DNA of 64,000 nucleotides from an uncultured archaeon (lineage in GTDB: Archaea > Asgardarchaeota > Lokiarchaeia > Sigyniarchaeales > SOKP01), in assembly GCA_964486045.1 (NCBI GenBank), contig CAZALK010000002.1, positions 32,001-96,000 of the forward strand. Reading direction: 5' to 3'. Both the position numbers and the translations under genes were made by a program. The notes under the pieces are model-generated. The model did not search any database and was not told the DNA's origin. It saw only the letters and a list, made by a program, of their open reading frames with translations. Below are positions 1 through 9,362 of the stretch, in pieces (positions within the stretch are counted from its first letter, which is position 1; every line of letters begins with the position of its first letter).

Positions 1-306
1 AGTAATAGAAGAAACTTCAGGAATGGATTCAACTTCCGATCCATAAGAGACTTCAATGGATAAATCAGTGTCGTACTTAACTTTTAATTCTATTTCATCA
101 ACCTTATCCCCATTCCTTCTGTGAGATTCAACTTTTATCTCATCAATCCCATATTCAACACTAATGTCTCTCTTATTTGCTTCTTCAAAATCGTCATCTA
201 CACCATCGCTATCATCATCAGACTCAACTGCTACAACAGATCCTATAGTTGTTATTAGTAGAATGCTTAATAAAAAAAATCCTAACAAATTATATTTTTT
301 ATTCAT
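1..306 (-). CDS. Secreted acidic surface protein, N-terminal part (runs off the window edge); paralog of 1260..2597 and 2825..4051
   Basis: Not in the ORF track. Manual translation from ATG at 306 gives MNKKYNLLGFFLLSILLITTIGSVVAVESDDDSDGVDDDFEEANKRDISVEYGIDEIKVESHRRNGDKVDEI, a signal peptide plus the DxDGVDDxFExxNxRxI motif shared with the two neighbours. Confidence 0.85.
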   Translation of the reverse strand, partial: MNKKYNLLGFFLLSILLITTIGSVVAVESDDDSDGVDDDFEEANKRDISVEYGIDEIKVESHRRNGDKVDEIELKVKYDTDLSIEVSYGSEVESIPEVSSIT

Positions 307-547
307 AATAATATATCCCCTAAATAAGCTAAATTTTCATTAAATTGTTCTATTCTAGTGATCTTATTGTGAATATATAAAACAAGTTGGTAACAGATTG
401 AGGTATATAATTTTACAAATTATATTTGTACTAATTTGTTAGAAAAACTTTAAAAAAGGGGTTCAATTTTATTCCAATTTATTATTATGGGTTATTAACT
501 TCTTTTATCATTACTGAAGATAAAGAATTTGAACTAGTGAAATACTA

Positions 548-1246
548 TTATCTAGCTTCATCTGTATTGAGATAATTTTTCATATAAACATCACTCAAAA
601 AATAGATGACTCTTTTTGATACTTTTTTTTTAACAACTATGTTGAATTGTTCAAATAATTTTAAGTATTTTGAGATAGTATTTGGATGCATTTTGAGACT
701 TTTTGAAAGCTGAGTTTTGGTTATCCCGAAATCGTTGTTTTTTAAATAGTTAATAATTTTCTTACTTTTATCTTTTGATGTGATATAGGCAAATTTGGAG
801 TTCTTAACCTCAAAATTCGAATCAAAATAAACATCATGGTTATCAAATTTCTCCTTCTTAATGAAATTAAACTTTAGTAAAACATTAAGGTGCCATACTA
901 CTACATGATTAGATATATGCAATTCAGTCAATAACCGGTTGAAATAAATTCCAGGATTTTCTAAAATATAATCATAAATATGTTTTCTCTTCGAATTTAT
1001 TAATATATCACTACTAATTAACTTAGAACCCTCAACAATATGTTTCTTTTTTACTAACGATCTTAAAATTTCTTCAATTCGTCGAATATTTATGTCTACT
1101 GAGGCCATCCTAAAACGAGAGATTATAAATGGAAGTATTTCACTCATGTCAAAATATCTGTTCTTATTTAAATACTCTCCAACAACACCTAAAATGAGTT
1201 TTTCTTGTTCTGGTTGTTCAAATTGCATTATTTTAAGAAGCCTCAA
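548..1246 (-). CDS. Multi-winged-helix (ArsR/MarR-like) transcriptional regulator
   Basis: Tandem wHTH segments (IYDYILENPGIYFNRL...WHLNVLLKFNFI; KTQLSKSLKMHPNTISKYLKLF). Confidence 0.7.
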   Translation of the reverse strand: MRLLKIMQFEQPEQEKLILGVVGEYLNKNRYFDMSEILPFIISRFRMASVDINIRRIEEILRSLVKKKHIVEGSKLISSDILINSKRKHIYDYILENPGIYFNRLLTELHISNHVVVWHLNVLLKFNFIKKEKFDNHDVYFDSNFEVKNSKFAYITSKDKSKKIINYLKNNDFGITKTQLSKSLKMHPNTISKYLKLFEQFNIVVKKKVSKRVIYFLSDVYMKNYLNTDEAR

Positions 1247-1259
1247 TTACTTACCCATT

Positions 1260-2597
1260 TTACGACACAGATTCAGATTTTTCGACCATCTCATCAAGGA
1301 TTAATTTTCTTTCATAGGGAGTTAAAGCTAACATTTCTTGAATGAATTCATTTTTTTCGTTTCCTTTCCAATTAAAATGGTTCACAGTTTCGTAGAATTC
1401 TTCAGTGACTACTGTAATATTGAGACTTCCTAACCGGGCAAGCTTCTCAACAGATTTTTCTTCAAAAAATAACTGAAGTGGTGAGGGTTCTTCATAACGA
1501 TCTTCAACTTCATTTTCCTCAAAAATTTCATTAAAATATTCTTCTCTATCTTTCCGAATCTTTTTTAGAGGAGATTTTTTAATCCCAAAATGGTAAACAG
1601 AATAAACTACGCTTACGCTTACAGCCCCGATAATTAATACCCCGACCACGAAAGGAATTGGGGAAATCGGCTCTGTTAATGCAATTAATAAATCTTCAAT
1701 ACCAACTTTGGGATCATGATATATGTGATCTCCATGTTGATAATTGAGATATATTTTTTGTTCATATTCATCATGATTATCTAACGTTATATCACTTATT
1801 GGTATTTCATGAGTGTTTTCATCAATCGTGGCAAATCGCTTCCATGTAAGATAACCTGTTTTACCTTCAAAAGATGTGATCACACCTTGTTCATTCTCAG
1901 CATAACCATTTGTTTCATCTTCTGTTTTCTCTATATGTTCATAATTTGTCTCAGATTCTAGTTTTGTATACAACGCGAGATTTGAACTAGTATTAATATA
2001 ATCAAAGTTTGAAATCTCAATATCGATTTTTAATTGTGTAGGGGTGATTAATGAATCATTAACAATTGTGAATTCTTCTGCTAAATAAATATGAGTAGTG
2101 AAAGTATTATTGATGGTACTTATCTTGAAGTAGTGTAAGGAACTTTCATCTGATATCGATAATATCGTGTAATTTGCAGGTTGGAAGTTTCCAATTGAAA
2201 AATTTTGAATCTTTTGATCAACTTCAGGATCATAAATTCCATTCTTCTCTTCTTCACTGTCAATAAACTCAATTATTTCTTGAAAAACAATACTAAATGT
2301 AAATTCCGGGGGTGCTTCTAAGTTTGACCTATAGGCAAAGCTAATACTAATTCCATCTTCGTTATATCCTATATTTATTCTTATACGGTCTTTATTGTTA
2401 TCAGTTCGCCTAATTGAGTCTATTTGGATTTCATTAGCAAAAATATCCGTTTCTACGTTTCTCAAATTAAGTTTTTCAAATTCATCATTTACTTGATCAC
2501 CATCCTCATCAAAAGCTTTAACTGAATTGAGATTAAAACTTAAAAGTAAGATCCCAAAAAAGAAGATTCCTATCAAATAATACTTTCTTTTCATCAT
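1260..2597 (-). CDS. Single-pass surface protein with ~110-aa cytoplasmic tail
   Basis: Signal peptide, acidic ectodomain ending IYHDPKVG, TM helix (PIPFVVGVLIIGAVSVSVVYSVY), then a charged C-terminal tail. Confidence 0.8.
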   Translation of the reverse strand: MMKRKYYLIGIFFFGILLLSFNLNSVKAFDEDGDQVNDEFEKLNLRNVETDIFANEIQIDSIRRTDNNKDRIRINIGYNEDGISISFAYRSNLEAPPEFTFSIVFQEIIEFIDSEEEKNGIYDPEVDQKIQNFSIGNFQPANYTILSISDESSLHYFKISTINNTFTTHIYLAEEFTIVNDSLITPTQLKIDIEISNFDYINTSSNLALYTKLESETNYEHIEKTEDETNGYAENEQGVITSFEGKTGYLTWKRFATIDENTHEIPISDITLDNHDEYEQKIYLNYQHGDHIYHDPKVGIEDLLIALTEPISPIPFVVGVLIIGAVSVSVVYSVYHFGIKKSPLKKIRKDREEYFNEIFEENEVEDRYEEPSPLQLFFEEKSVEKLARLGSLNITVVTEEFYETVNHFNWKGNEKNEFIQEMLALTPYERKLILDEMVEKSESVS

Positions 2598-2824
2598 ATC
2601 AATCTAATTTGTAAATAATCCTTTTCTGTATTGGTTTTTATTTTAGATAACTTTTTCACAAAACTTTTTTTACCTATTTTTATTAAATGAAACTTATCAG
2701 AAACATACCAATAATGATAAATAAATTTGATTTAGTCTGGTGTTATTTTCTAGCATTTTTTGAATTTTTTTTTGATAATTAAAATAAAAAAAAATTTTTT
2801 ATATATTTAGGGATTCTGTGTACA

Positions 2825-4051
2825 TTAAATTATTCTACGTTTTCTCATCATGACTAAAGCAACAGTAGTAATTCCAACAATAGAAGCAAAGCTACCTGTA
2901 ATAATAATTGGAATCAATATACTTGGTGTTTGAATTACATTAATATATATTCCAATTTTTGGATCATGATAAATATGATTTCCTCTGGGGTAGCTGATAT
3001 ACAGTTTCTCTAGATGTTCATCTTCTCCATCCATTATTATTCTATTCGTGAATACAGGCATTTCGACACCATCAATAAGAGCAGTCTCTTTCCAACTAAA
3101 AATTCCAGTATATTCCTCATTATGAATGTATACTTCTTTTTCTTCGGAAGCATACCCGTCCTTTTCATCCTCTGTTTCTTCTTTCTCCTCGTAACTTATT
3201 GCTTCAGACCATAATTTAGTATATAAAGCTAGTTGAGAATTAGTATCAACATAATTATAATTAGTAATTTCAATGTCTACCTTTACCTGGGTTGGAGAAA
3301 TGAGTGTCTCATCAATATAAACGAATTCTTCTACGAAATAAATGTGAGTAGCAAAAACACCATCTGTAGTATTCAGTAAGATATAATGTAAATTAGTGTC
3401 TTCAGAAATACTTATTAAAGAATATTCTACTGGTTGAAAGGAATTAAATCCGTAATCTTCTATTATCTCATCAATTTCAAAGTCTAAAATATCGTTGTCA
3501 TTAAGATCTACGAATTCTATAAGTCCTCGAAACCATACTTCAAATTTCAACTTATGGAGAATTATTTCACAGTCATTTACCCAATGCAGTTCACCCTCTT
3601 CACCATCAGATTCAGGTTCTTCTTGAGGTTCCTCGCATTCAGGATTTTTAATAATTGTTCCAAAGGAGACTCGGACAGAAATACCCCCCTCACCAAAACC
3701 TACCCTCATATCAATTATATCTTTTTGATCGCCATGTCTTCGAATTGAGCCCATTTCAACAACGTTTTCTCCAATCCATATGGATATGTCTCTCTTATTA
3801 TCATCTTCAAAATTGTCGTCGACTCCATCATTATCATCGTCTGGTATATCTGGTTCTTCATCATCAGGGTGATCAGGTTCTTTTGGTTCTTCATCAGGTT
3901 CATCTGGTTCTTCATCACCAGGGTGATCAGGTTCATCTGGTTCTTCATCACCAGGCAGGTCATCTTCAATAGCAAAAGAATTACTTAGACTTGCCGATAT
4001 AAATAGCATCCCTAATAAAAATACTCCAATTAAAAAAATTTTTCTTTTCAT
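2825..4051 (-). CDS. Membrane-anchored acidic surface protein with Pro/Asp/Glu repeats
   Basis: Signal peptide, PGDEEPDEPDH repeats, ectodomain ending IYHDPKIG, C-terminal TM followed by RKRR. Confidence 0.85.
   Translation of the reverse strand: MKRKIFLIGVFLLGMLFISASLSNSFAIEDDLPGDEEPDEPDHPGDEEPDEPDEEPKEPDHPDDEEPDIPDDDNDGVDDNFEDDNKRDISIWIGENVVEMGSIRRHGDQKDIIDMRVGFGEGGISVRVSFGTIIKNPECEEPQEEPESDGEEGELHWVNDCEIILHKLKFEVWFRGLIEFVDLNDNDILDFEIDEIIEDYGFNSFQPVEYSLISISEDTNLHYILLNTTDGVFATHIYFVEEFVYIDETLISPTQVKVDIEITNYNYVDTNSQLALYTKLWSEAISYEEKEETEDEKDGYASEEKEVYIHNEEYTGIFSWKETALIDGVEMPVFTNRIIMDGEDEHLEKLYISYPRGNHIYHDPKIGIYINVIQTPSILIPIIITGSFASIVGITTVALVMMRKRRII
3848..3955. repeat. Intragenic tandem repeat (33-bp period) encoding PGDEEPDEPDH units
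   Basis: atcaggttcatctggttcttcatcaccagg is identical at 3893-3922 and 3926-3955, with degenerate copies to the left. Confidence 0.9.
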
Positions 4052-4311
4052 TATAAAACCTTATTTTAAATAATTTTTCATAGATTGACTTATAATTATA
4101 ATTTCTACGCCCTAATATAAACTAAAATGGTAAAAATTTGAATATTTATTCGTTTTGAAAAGGCTTGCGACTTTAATCCTAATTAGCTTTTCTATGTATA
4201 AATATTAAATAACCCAATTTTGCTTATAGGGTTAACTATTTAAAATTTATATTTAAAAAATATGAGAATTGCCCCATTTTTAAAGATTGAGAATTTGTTA
4301 AAGAAATTTAG

Positions 4312-4421
4312 AGCCAGTGGTGGGATTTGCACCCACGATGCTGAATAGCAACGGCTCTGCGTCGGCTAAAACTTGTAAAAAGTTTTAAAGGCCGCCCCCT
4401 TAACTACTCGGGTACACTGGC
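4312..4421 (-). tRNA. tRNA-Cys(GCA) with a 28-nt BHB intron (4361..4388) between positions 33 and 34 and a long variable arm; CCA not encoded
   Basis: The minus strand folds with acceptor GCCAGTG/CACTGGC, discriminator U73, anticodon stem GCGGC/GCCGT and T arm GTGGG-TGCAAAT-CCCAC. The BHB motif is central helix CGGC/GCCG with 3-nt bulges CT|T and AC|G; splicing yields the loop CT-GCA-GA. Confidence 0.9.
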
Positions 4422-4450
4422 TAATCTTTATTAAGAATTCATCTTAACTA

Positions 4451-4460
4451 TTTTATAAAA
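4451..4460 (-). promoter_or_regulatory. Probable TATA box of the tRNA-Cys gene
   Basis: TTTTATAAAA about 30 nt upstream of tRNA G1, preceded by purines; weak evidence in AT-rich DNA. Confidence 0.45.
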
Positions 4461-4563
4461 CTTCTATAAATAAAAGAAATTCATTTAAAAATATATTATT
4501 TATGTGTTAAATACGATTAAACAAATAATTAAGTCATTTGAATTTCGCAGAAGATTTTTATGT

Positions 4564-4851
4564 TTATCCCCCTGCAATTGCTGGTATAAATGACAATTCA
4601 TCATCCAATTGAACTTTTGTTTCAATACCATTTAAAGATCTGATGTCTTTTCCATTTATAGTAATTATAACGTATTCACTGAGATTCGATGACGTTTTAT
4701 AAATCATTTCCTCAAATTTTTCCCCGAACTTTTTAGCCAAAATTTCCAAAACAGTTCTAATTGTTGAATTATCATCGATTGGTAGATCTAATTCCTCTAC
4801 TTCGGTAATATCTGTTAATAAAGATAAAAATACTATTTTAATATTAATCAT
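4564..4851 (-). CDS. MoaD/ThiS/SAMP-family ubiquitin-like sulfur carrier
   Basis: Beta-grasp pattern with C-terminal FIPAIAGG. Start moved to MINIKIVF (ATG 4851) to give the typical ~95 aa. Confidence 0.9.
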   Translation of the reverse strand: MINIKIVFLSLLTDITEVEELDLPIDDNSTIRTVLEILAKKFGEKFEEMIYKTSSNLSEYVIITINGKDIRSLNGIETKVQLDDELSFIPAIAGG

Positions 4852-4997
4852 ATCAATCTTGTTTAAATTAGTTCTGCTTAAAATTTTAAATTTTTTATTA
4901 TCGGAAAAGTAATTAATTGAATTACCACTTAACATTATAATTATTGAATATTAATTTGTCTTTTACTTATATTAAATAAACAAAATCAGCGAATTTT

Positions 4998-5945
4998 ATG
5001 ACCGTAAATGAGTTAAATCTAGGTCACTTATCAACTGCGTACCACAGTAATTGGATTTTGATGGGAAATGATGAGTTAGAAAAAGCACTTGGGAAAAAAA
5101 TAAAGTGGCATTTGTTCGGTACCGGTCCATTAATGGTAGAAGCTTTTAATAAGGGTAAGTTAGATATCGGTTATATGGGATTACCCCCTGCAATAATTGG
5201 AATAGATGACGGAGTACCAATAAAATGTGTTTCCGGGGGTCACGTTGAAGGAACAATTGTGATTGGTAAAAAAAACCATCAGACCATTTCACAACTAAAT
5301 GACGATATGTACAGAGTCCTTATACAATTTAAAGGATGTACAATAGGGACTCCTAGTGTTGGCTCTATACATGATGCAATTTTAAATTATTACCTAGAAA
5401 AATATGATTTGAAAGAAGATATCAAAGTTAAAAATTATAAACAGGCAGAATTTATAGCTATAGACATGAAAAACGGGATTTTAGAAGGAGGGGTAGGAAC
5501 TCCTGCATTAGTTGTTTTTGCTAAGACTATTTTAGATTCTCATCTAGTTGTTCCGCCAAATTATTTATTACCAAATAACCCTAGTTATGGAATATTTTTT
5601 CATGAGAATTTAATCGAAAATAATCCAGATTTTGTTTTAAAATTCCTTGAACATCATAAAAAAGCTTCCCATTTACTCAGAAATTCACAAGATGAAGCTG
5701 CAGAGATTATTTCAAACACTTTTACAATTCTGAATAACAATACGCAATATGCTAAATCTGTACTTGAAATTTCACCAAAATATTGTATCGCACTTTCGGA
5801 AGGATATATAGAATCAACTGAAGGTTTCGTAAGTACAATGCATAAATTAGGGTATATTAATAAAAAGCTAACAACTGAAAAAATTTTTACCTTTGATTTT
5901 GTCAATAAGGTGCATCCGGAAAAAGAACACTATTCTCAAATATAA
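4998..5945 (+). CDS. SsuA/TauA/NitT-type substrate-binding-fold protein without a signal peptide
   Basis: FGTGPLMVEAF..GKLDIGYMGLPPAI and GTPSVGSIHD motifs; no hydrophobic N-terminus. Confidence 0.75.
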   Translation: MTVNELNLGHLSTAYHSNWILMGNDELEKALGKKIKWHLFGTGPLMVEAFNKGKLDIGYMGLPPAIIGIDDGVPIKCVSGGHVEGTIVIGKKNHQTISQLNDDMYRVLIQFKGCTIGTPSVGSIHDAILNYYLEKYDLKEDIKVKNYKQAEFIAIDMKNGILEGGVGTPALVVFAKTILDSHLVVPPNYLLPNNPSYGIFFHENLIENNPDFVLKFLEHHKKASHLLRNSQDEAAEIISNTFTILNNNTQYAKSVLEISPKYCIALSEGYIESTEGFVSTMHKLGYINKKLTTEKIFTFDFVNKVHPEKEHYSQI

Positions 5946-5964
5946 ACAAGATTAATAAAGTGTG

Positions 5965-6330
5965 TTATAAAGAAAAAATTAGTTGTCCCTCTTCCTGATA
6001 CTCAAGCAATAAATCCGCAACTTTAAAAGATTGAACCAACTCGATCCCGTCAATTAGCTCTGATTTATCCAACCCAATAATGCTAGCCGCCAAATCGCAG
6101 CACCTAAATTTAACTCCCAATTCGATACACTCCACCACTTCATCGTCATATTGCATTCTCCCCTTTTTATTTTTTTTTCCCAGGAGAATTCCCATTGGCC
6201 CCCACAACACTACAGTAACTTCAAGCCCTCTACTTCTGTAATATTTAGCAAAACGTATTGTTTCTAGCGGACTAGTTGATTCATAAATCATATGTTTTAA
6301 AAGTAATAATACTTTCGTAACTTTTCCCAT
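5965..6330 (-). CDS. DsrE/DsrF-like sulfur-relay protein
   Basis: VTVVLWGPMG and GVKFRCC..AASIIGL motifs; 121 aa. Confidence 0.7.
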   Translation of the reverse strand: MGKVTKVLLLLKHMIYESTSPLETIRFAKYYRSRGLEVTVVLWGPMGILLGKKNKKGRMQYDDEVVECIELGVKFRCCDLAASIIGLDKSELIDGIELVQSFKVADLLLEYQEEGQLIFSL

Positions 6331-6537
6331 TTACTCAACTCCATGTTATCCTTACTATACTCTTAAATAATCTCTCTTAATAATTGCGAAATTCATGTAA
6401 TTCTTATGATATTATAAACCAAATTTAAATTTTTCTGTAATAACTATTAAAATTGAGTTGAAAATAAGTTCATTCGGAAAATTATCTGAATTAAACCTTT
6501 TATTAGTAATTTTTGCATTTATTTATTTTATGTTAAA

Positions 6538-7467
6538 TTATGCTTTAAACAAGTCGGTTGTTAAATATCTTTCTCCTGTGTCGGGTAAAATAGTAACAAT
6601 GTTTTGCTCTGAATTAAATTCTTTATGCACAACATTTAAAGCTGCCCACGAAGCTGCGCCAGCCGATATACCAACAAATATTCCTTCTAATTTAGCTAAA
6701 TTTCTTGCAGTTTCTGCTGCATCCTCATATTTGACTTTGATTATACAATTATAAATTTCAGTATTTAAGACATCTGGCACGAATCCAGCACCAATACCTT
6801 GAATTTTATGCGGTCCTGGTTGACCTCCAGATAAAACAGGAGAATCTACAGGCTCTACTGCAAAGATTCTAACTTGTTCTCCAATTTTTTCTCTAAGAAT
6901 TTCTCCAACTCCCGTGATTGTACCACCTGTCCCTATTCCAGAAACAAAACCATCAACTTTATTATCTAAATCTTCTAATATTTCTAAAGCAGTAGTTGTT
7001 CTATGAATTTCAGGATTAGCTTGATTTTTAAACTGTTGAGGAATAAATACTTTATTATTATCTTTAGATAATTCTTCTGCTTTTTGAATTGCTCCTTTCA
7101 TTCCACCTGAAGCCGGTGTTAAAACTAATTCTGCTCCATATGCCTTTAAAATCTTCCTTCTTTCTATTGACATACTTTCAGGCATAGTCAAGATTAATTT
7201 ATAACCTTTAACAGCACAAACTAAAGCTAACCCAATTCCTGTATTTCCTGATGTAGGTTCAACAATTATCGTTTCTTTATTTATAATTTTTGCTTTTTCG
7301 GCAGCATCTATCATAGCCATGCAAATTCTATCTTTAACGCTCGAACCAGGATTAAAAGCTTCTATTTTAGCATAAATAGTTGGTTCAATATCTCTTGCTA
7401 TTCTATTTAATTTTACTAAGGGTGTCCTTCCTATGGTCTCGATTACATTCTTGTATATTCTTCCCAT
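6538..7467 (-). CDS. cysK: Cysteine synthase A (O-acetylserine sulfhydrylase)
   Basis: NPGSSVKDR (PLP Lys), EPTSGNTG, GTGGT, GPHKIQGIGAGF and GERYL motifs. Confidence 0.97.
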   Translation of the reverse strand: MGRIYKNVIETIGRTPLVKLNRIARDIEPTIYAKIEAFNPGSSVKDRICMAMIDAAEKAKIINKETIIVEPTSGNTGIGLALVCAVKGYKLILTMPESMSIERRKILKAYGAELVLTPASGGMKGAIQKAEELSKDNNKVFIPQQFKNQANPEIHRTTTALEILEDLDNKVDGFVSGIGTGGTITGVGEILREKIGEQVRIFAVEPVDSPVLSGGQPGPHKIQGIGAGFVPDVLNTEIYNCIIKVKYEDAAETARNLAKLEGIFVGISAGAASWAALNVVHKEFNSEQNIVTILPDTGERYLTTDLFKA

Positions 7468-7588
7468 TGTTTATCATATGTTTTTTATTGTAATAAAAAT
7501 GTCTAGTTAATAAGTCAAGAAGACAAGTTTTAAAAATGTTTTTTTTATAACATATATGAAGGTATCGAAATGAATCTAGAGGTAAAAT

Positions 7589-8002
7589 ATGAAAATATTC
7601 TCTGAAAAAATTAAGTATGGTCTTGCAGCTTTATTTGAATTGGCAAAAAACCACAATACAGGGCATATTCAGATAAAGGATATCGCAGAAGCTCAAAATA
7701 TTCCTCAGAATTATTTAGAACACCTCCTCATTAAATTAAAAGAATCGAATCTTGTTGAAAGTATTCGAGGTAGCAAGGGAGGTTATAAATTGAAGTTACC
7801 CCCTAATTCAATAAAGGTTCTAAATGTTATTGAGAGTTTAGAAGGTAACATTACTGTTTTTGAAAATCAAGAGATGAATGAAACTTTAAACATTTATTGG
7901 GATAAAATTAAAGCTAGTTTTAGAAATATATTTAACACTACTTTAGATGACTTAATTAATGAAGATGATATAATCCATAAACGTTTATTTTTTCAGATAT
8001 AG
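7589..8002 (+). CDS. Rrf2-family regulator (CymR-like, no Fe-S cysteines)
   Basis: IAEAQNIPQNYLEHLL...SIRGSKGGYKL; no Cys; divergent from cysK and upstream of sat. Confidence 0.9.
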   Translation: MKIFSEKIKYGLAALFELAKNHNTGHIQIKDIAEAQNIPQNYLEHLLIKLKESNLVESIRGSKGGYKLKLPPNSIKVLNVIESLEGNITVFENQEMNETLNIYWDKIKASFRNIFNTTLDDLINEDDIIHKRLFFQI

Positions 8003-8159
8003 CTAAAGAGTTTGTGAAACAAGTTCATCTAGGTTTAGAGTTGTGGTTATATAAGAAATTTTAAAAACAAAAAGTTTAAAATTGTCTTCATGATTAAGTA
8101 ACTATAGATTAAAATTTCGTATTGTTGAGTATACAAGTAAAGATTAACGAGGGAATAGA

Positions 8160-9326
8160 ATGGCTATAAATGGTAATATACCGAACCCACATGGGGGAAG
8201 ACTCATTAATAAAGTCATGTCTGATAAGGAAAAAAACAAGATTCTCGGTCAAATTTCTGAATTCGATAAAATTATAATAGATTCAGAAACCTGGAAGGCT
8301 GTTAAAAATATATGTTTTGGAGTTTTTAGTCCTTTAGAGGGTTTTATGATTGAAAACGAGATGGAAAGTGTGTTAAATAATATGAGGTTAGAAAACGATA
8401 TTCCTTGGCCCTTTCCTATAACATTAGACATTAGTAGTGAGAAAGCAGAGAAAATTAGAATTGGGGATAGTGTAGTATTAACCACTAAGTCAGGATCCAT
8501 AATCTCATTATTGAGAGTAAATGATATTTACCATTATGATAAAAAAAGTTTAGCAGAAAAAGTTTACGGTACATTAGATCGCAACCATCCAGGAGTTGAC
8601 AAAGTTTTAAATCAGCAAGATATACTAATTGGAGGAGACCTCTTCTTAATAAATGAACTCCCGGCTATTTTCCCAGAATTAGATCTAAAACCAATTGAAA
8701 CAAGAAAAATTTTTAATGAAAGAAATTGGAAAAAAGTCGTAGCATTTCAAACAAGGAATCCCCCACATAAGGGGCATGAATATGTTCAAAAAACAGCCCT
8801 TACGCTTGCCGATGGACTTTTTATCAACCCAGTAATTGGTAAGAAGAAACCAGGAGATTTTTTGGATGAAGTTATAATAAGAGCTTATCAAGAATTGATA
8901 AAAGAATATTATCCTGAGCATCGAGTCTTATTAAGTACTTTTGAGACAGAAATGAGATATGCTGGACCTAAAGAAGCTATTTTTCATGCTATTGCTAGGA
9001 AAAACTTTGGTTGCAATTTTATTATTATTGGGAGAGACCATGCTGGAGTAGGAGATTTCTATGATCCCTTTGAGGCTCACAAAATCTTTGATGAATTCCC
9101 AGATTTGGGGATTGAGCCTATTTTTTTCAGATCATTTTCATTATGTAAGGTATGTGAAGACATTGTAAACGATAAAACATGTCCCCATTTACCAGATTGT
9201 CATACAAATTTTAGTGGCTCTGATATCAGGAATCTACTCTGTGCTGGTAAAGAACCACCCAGAGAAGTTATGCGGCCGGAAGTATCAAAAATAATTTTAG
9301 AATATAAAAATCCATTTTCCGAATAA
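8160..9326 (+). CDS. sat: Sulfate adenylyltransferase
   Basis: AFQTRNPPHKGHE, GRDHAG, MRYAGPKEA and Zn site C..C...CPH. Confidence 0.97.
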   Translation: MAINGNIPNPHGGRLINKVMSDKEKNKILGQISEFDKIIIDSETWKAVKNICFGVFSPLEGFMIENEMESVLNNMRLENDIPWPFPITLDISSEKAEKIRIGDSVVLTTKSGSIISLLRVNDIYHYDKKSLAEKVYGTLDRNHPGVDKVLNQQDILIGGDLFLINELPAIFPELDLKPIETRKIFNERNWKKVVAFQTRNPPHKGHEYVQKTALTLADGLFINPVIGKKKPGDFLDEVIIRAYQELIKEYYPEHRVLLSTFETEMRYAGPKEAIFHAIARKNFGCNFIIIGRDHAGVGDFYDPFEAHKIFDEFPDLGIEPIFFRSFSLCKVCEDIVNDKTCPHLPDCHTNFSGSDIRNLLCAGKEPPREVMRPEVSKIILEYKNPFSE

Positions 9327-9362
9327 GAGACTTTAATTTTTAAAATAAAGAGGTAAAAAATT

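Noticed and set aside
3554-3975. Overlapping ORFs 3554..3748, 3655..3972 and 3715..3975 with repetitive peptides
   Set aside because: These are alternate-frame shadows of the PDE repeat in 2825..4051.
4312-4340. tRNA 3' end as an integration (att) site
   Set aside because: I saw no duplicate of the tRNA end, and no integrase or transposase, in the window.
4312-4421. Ochre-suppressor tRNA (UUA) or tRNA-Sec reading
   Set aside because: The BHB geometry places the intron at 33/34 and gives GCA. U73, G37 and a 7/5 acceptor/T-stem fit Cys, not Sec or a suppressor.
7499-8110. Rrf2 operator (TGTCT...TAAGT at about 7500 and 8083)
   Set aside because: Only a partial match with unequal spacing; too weak in AT-rich DNA.
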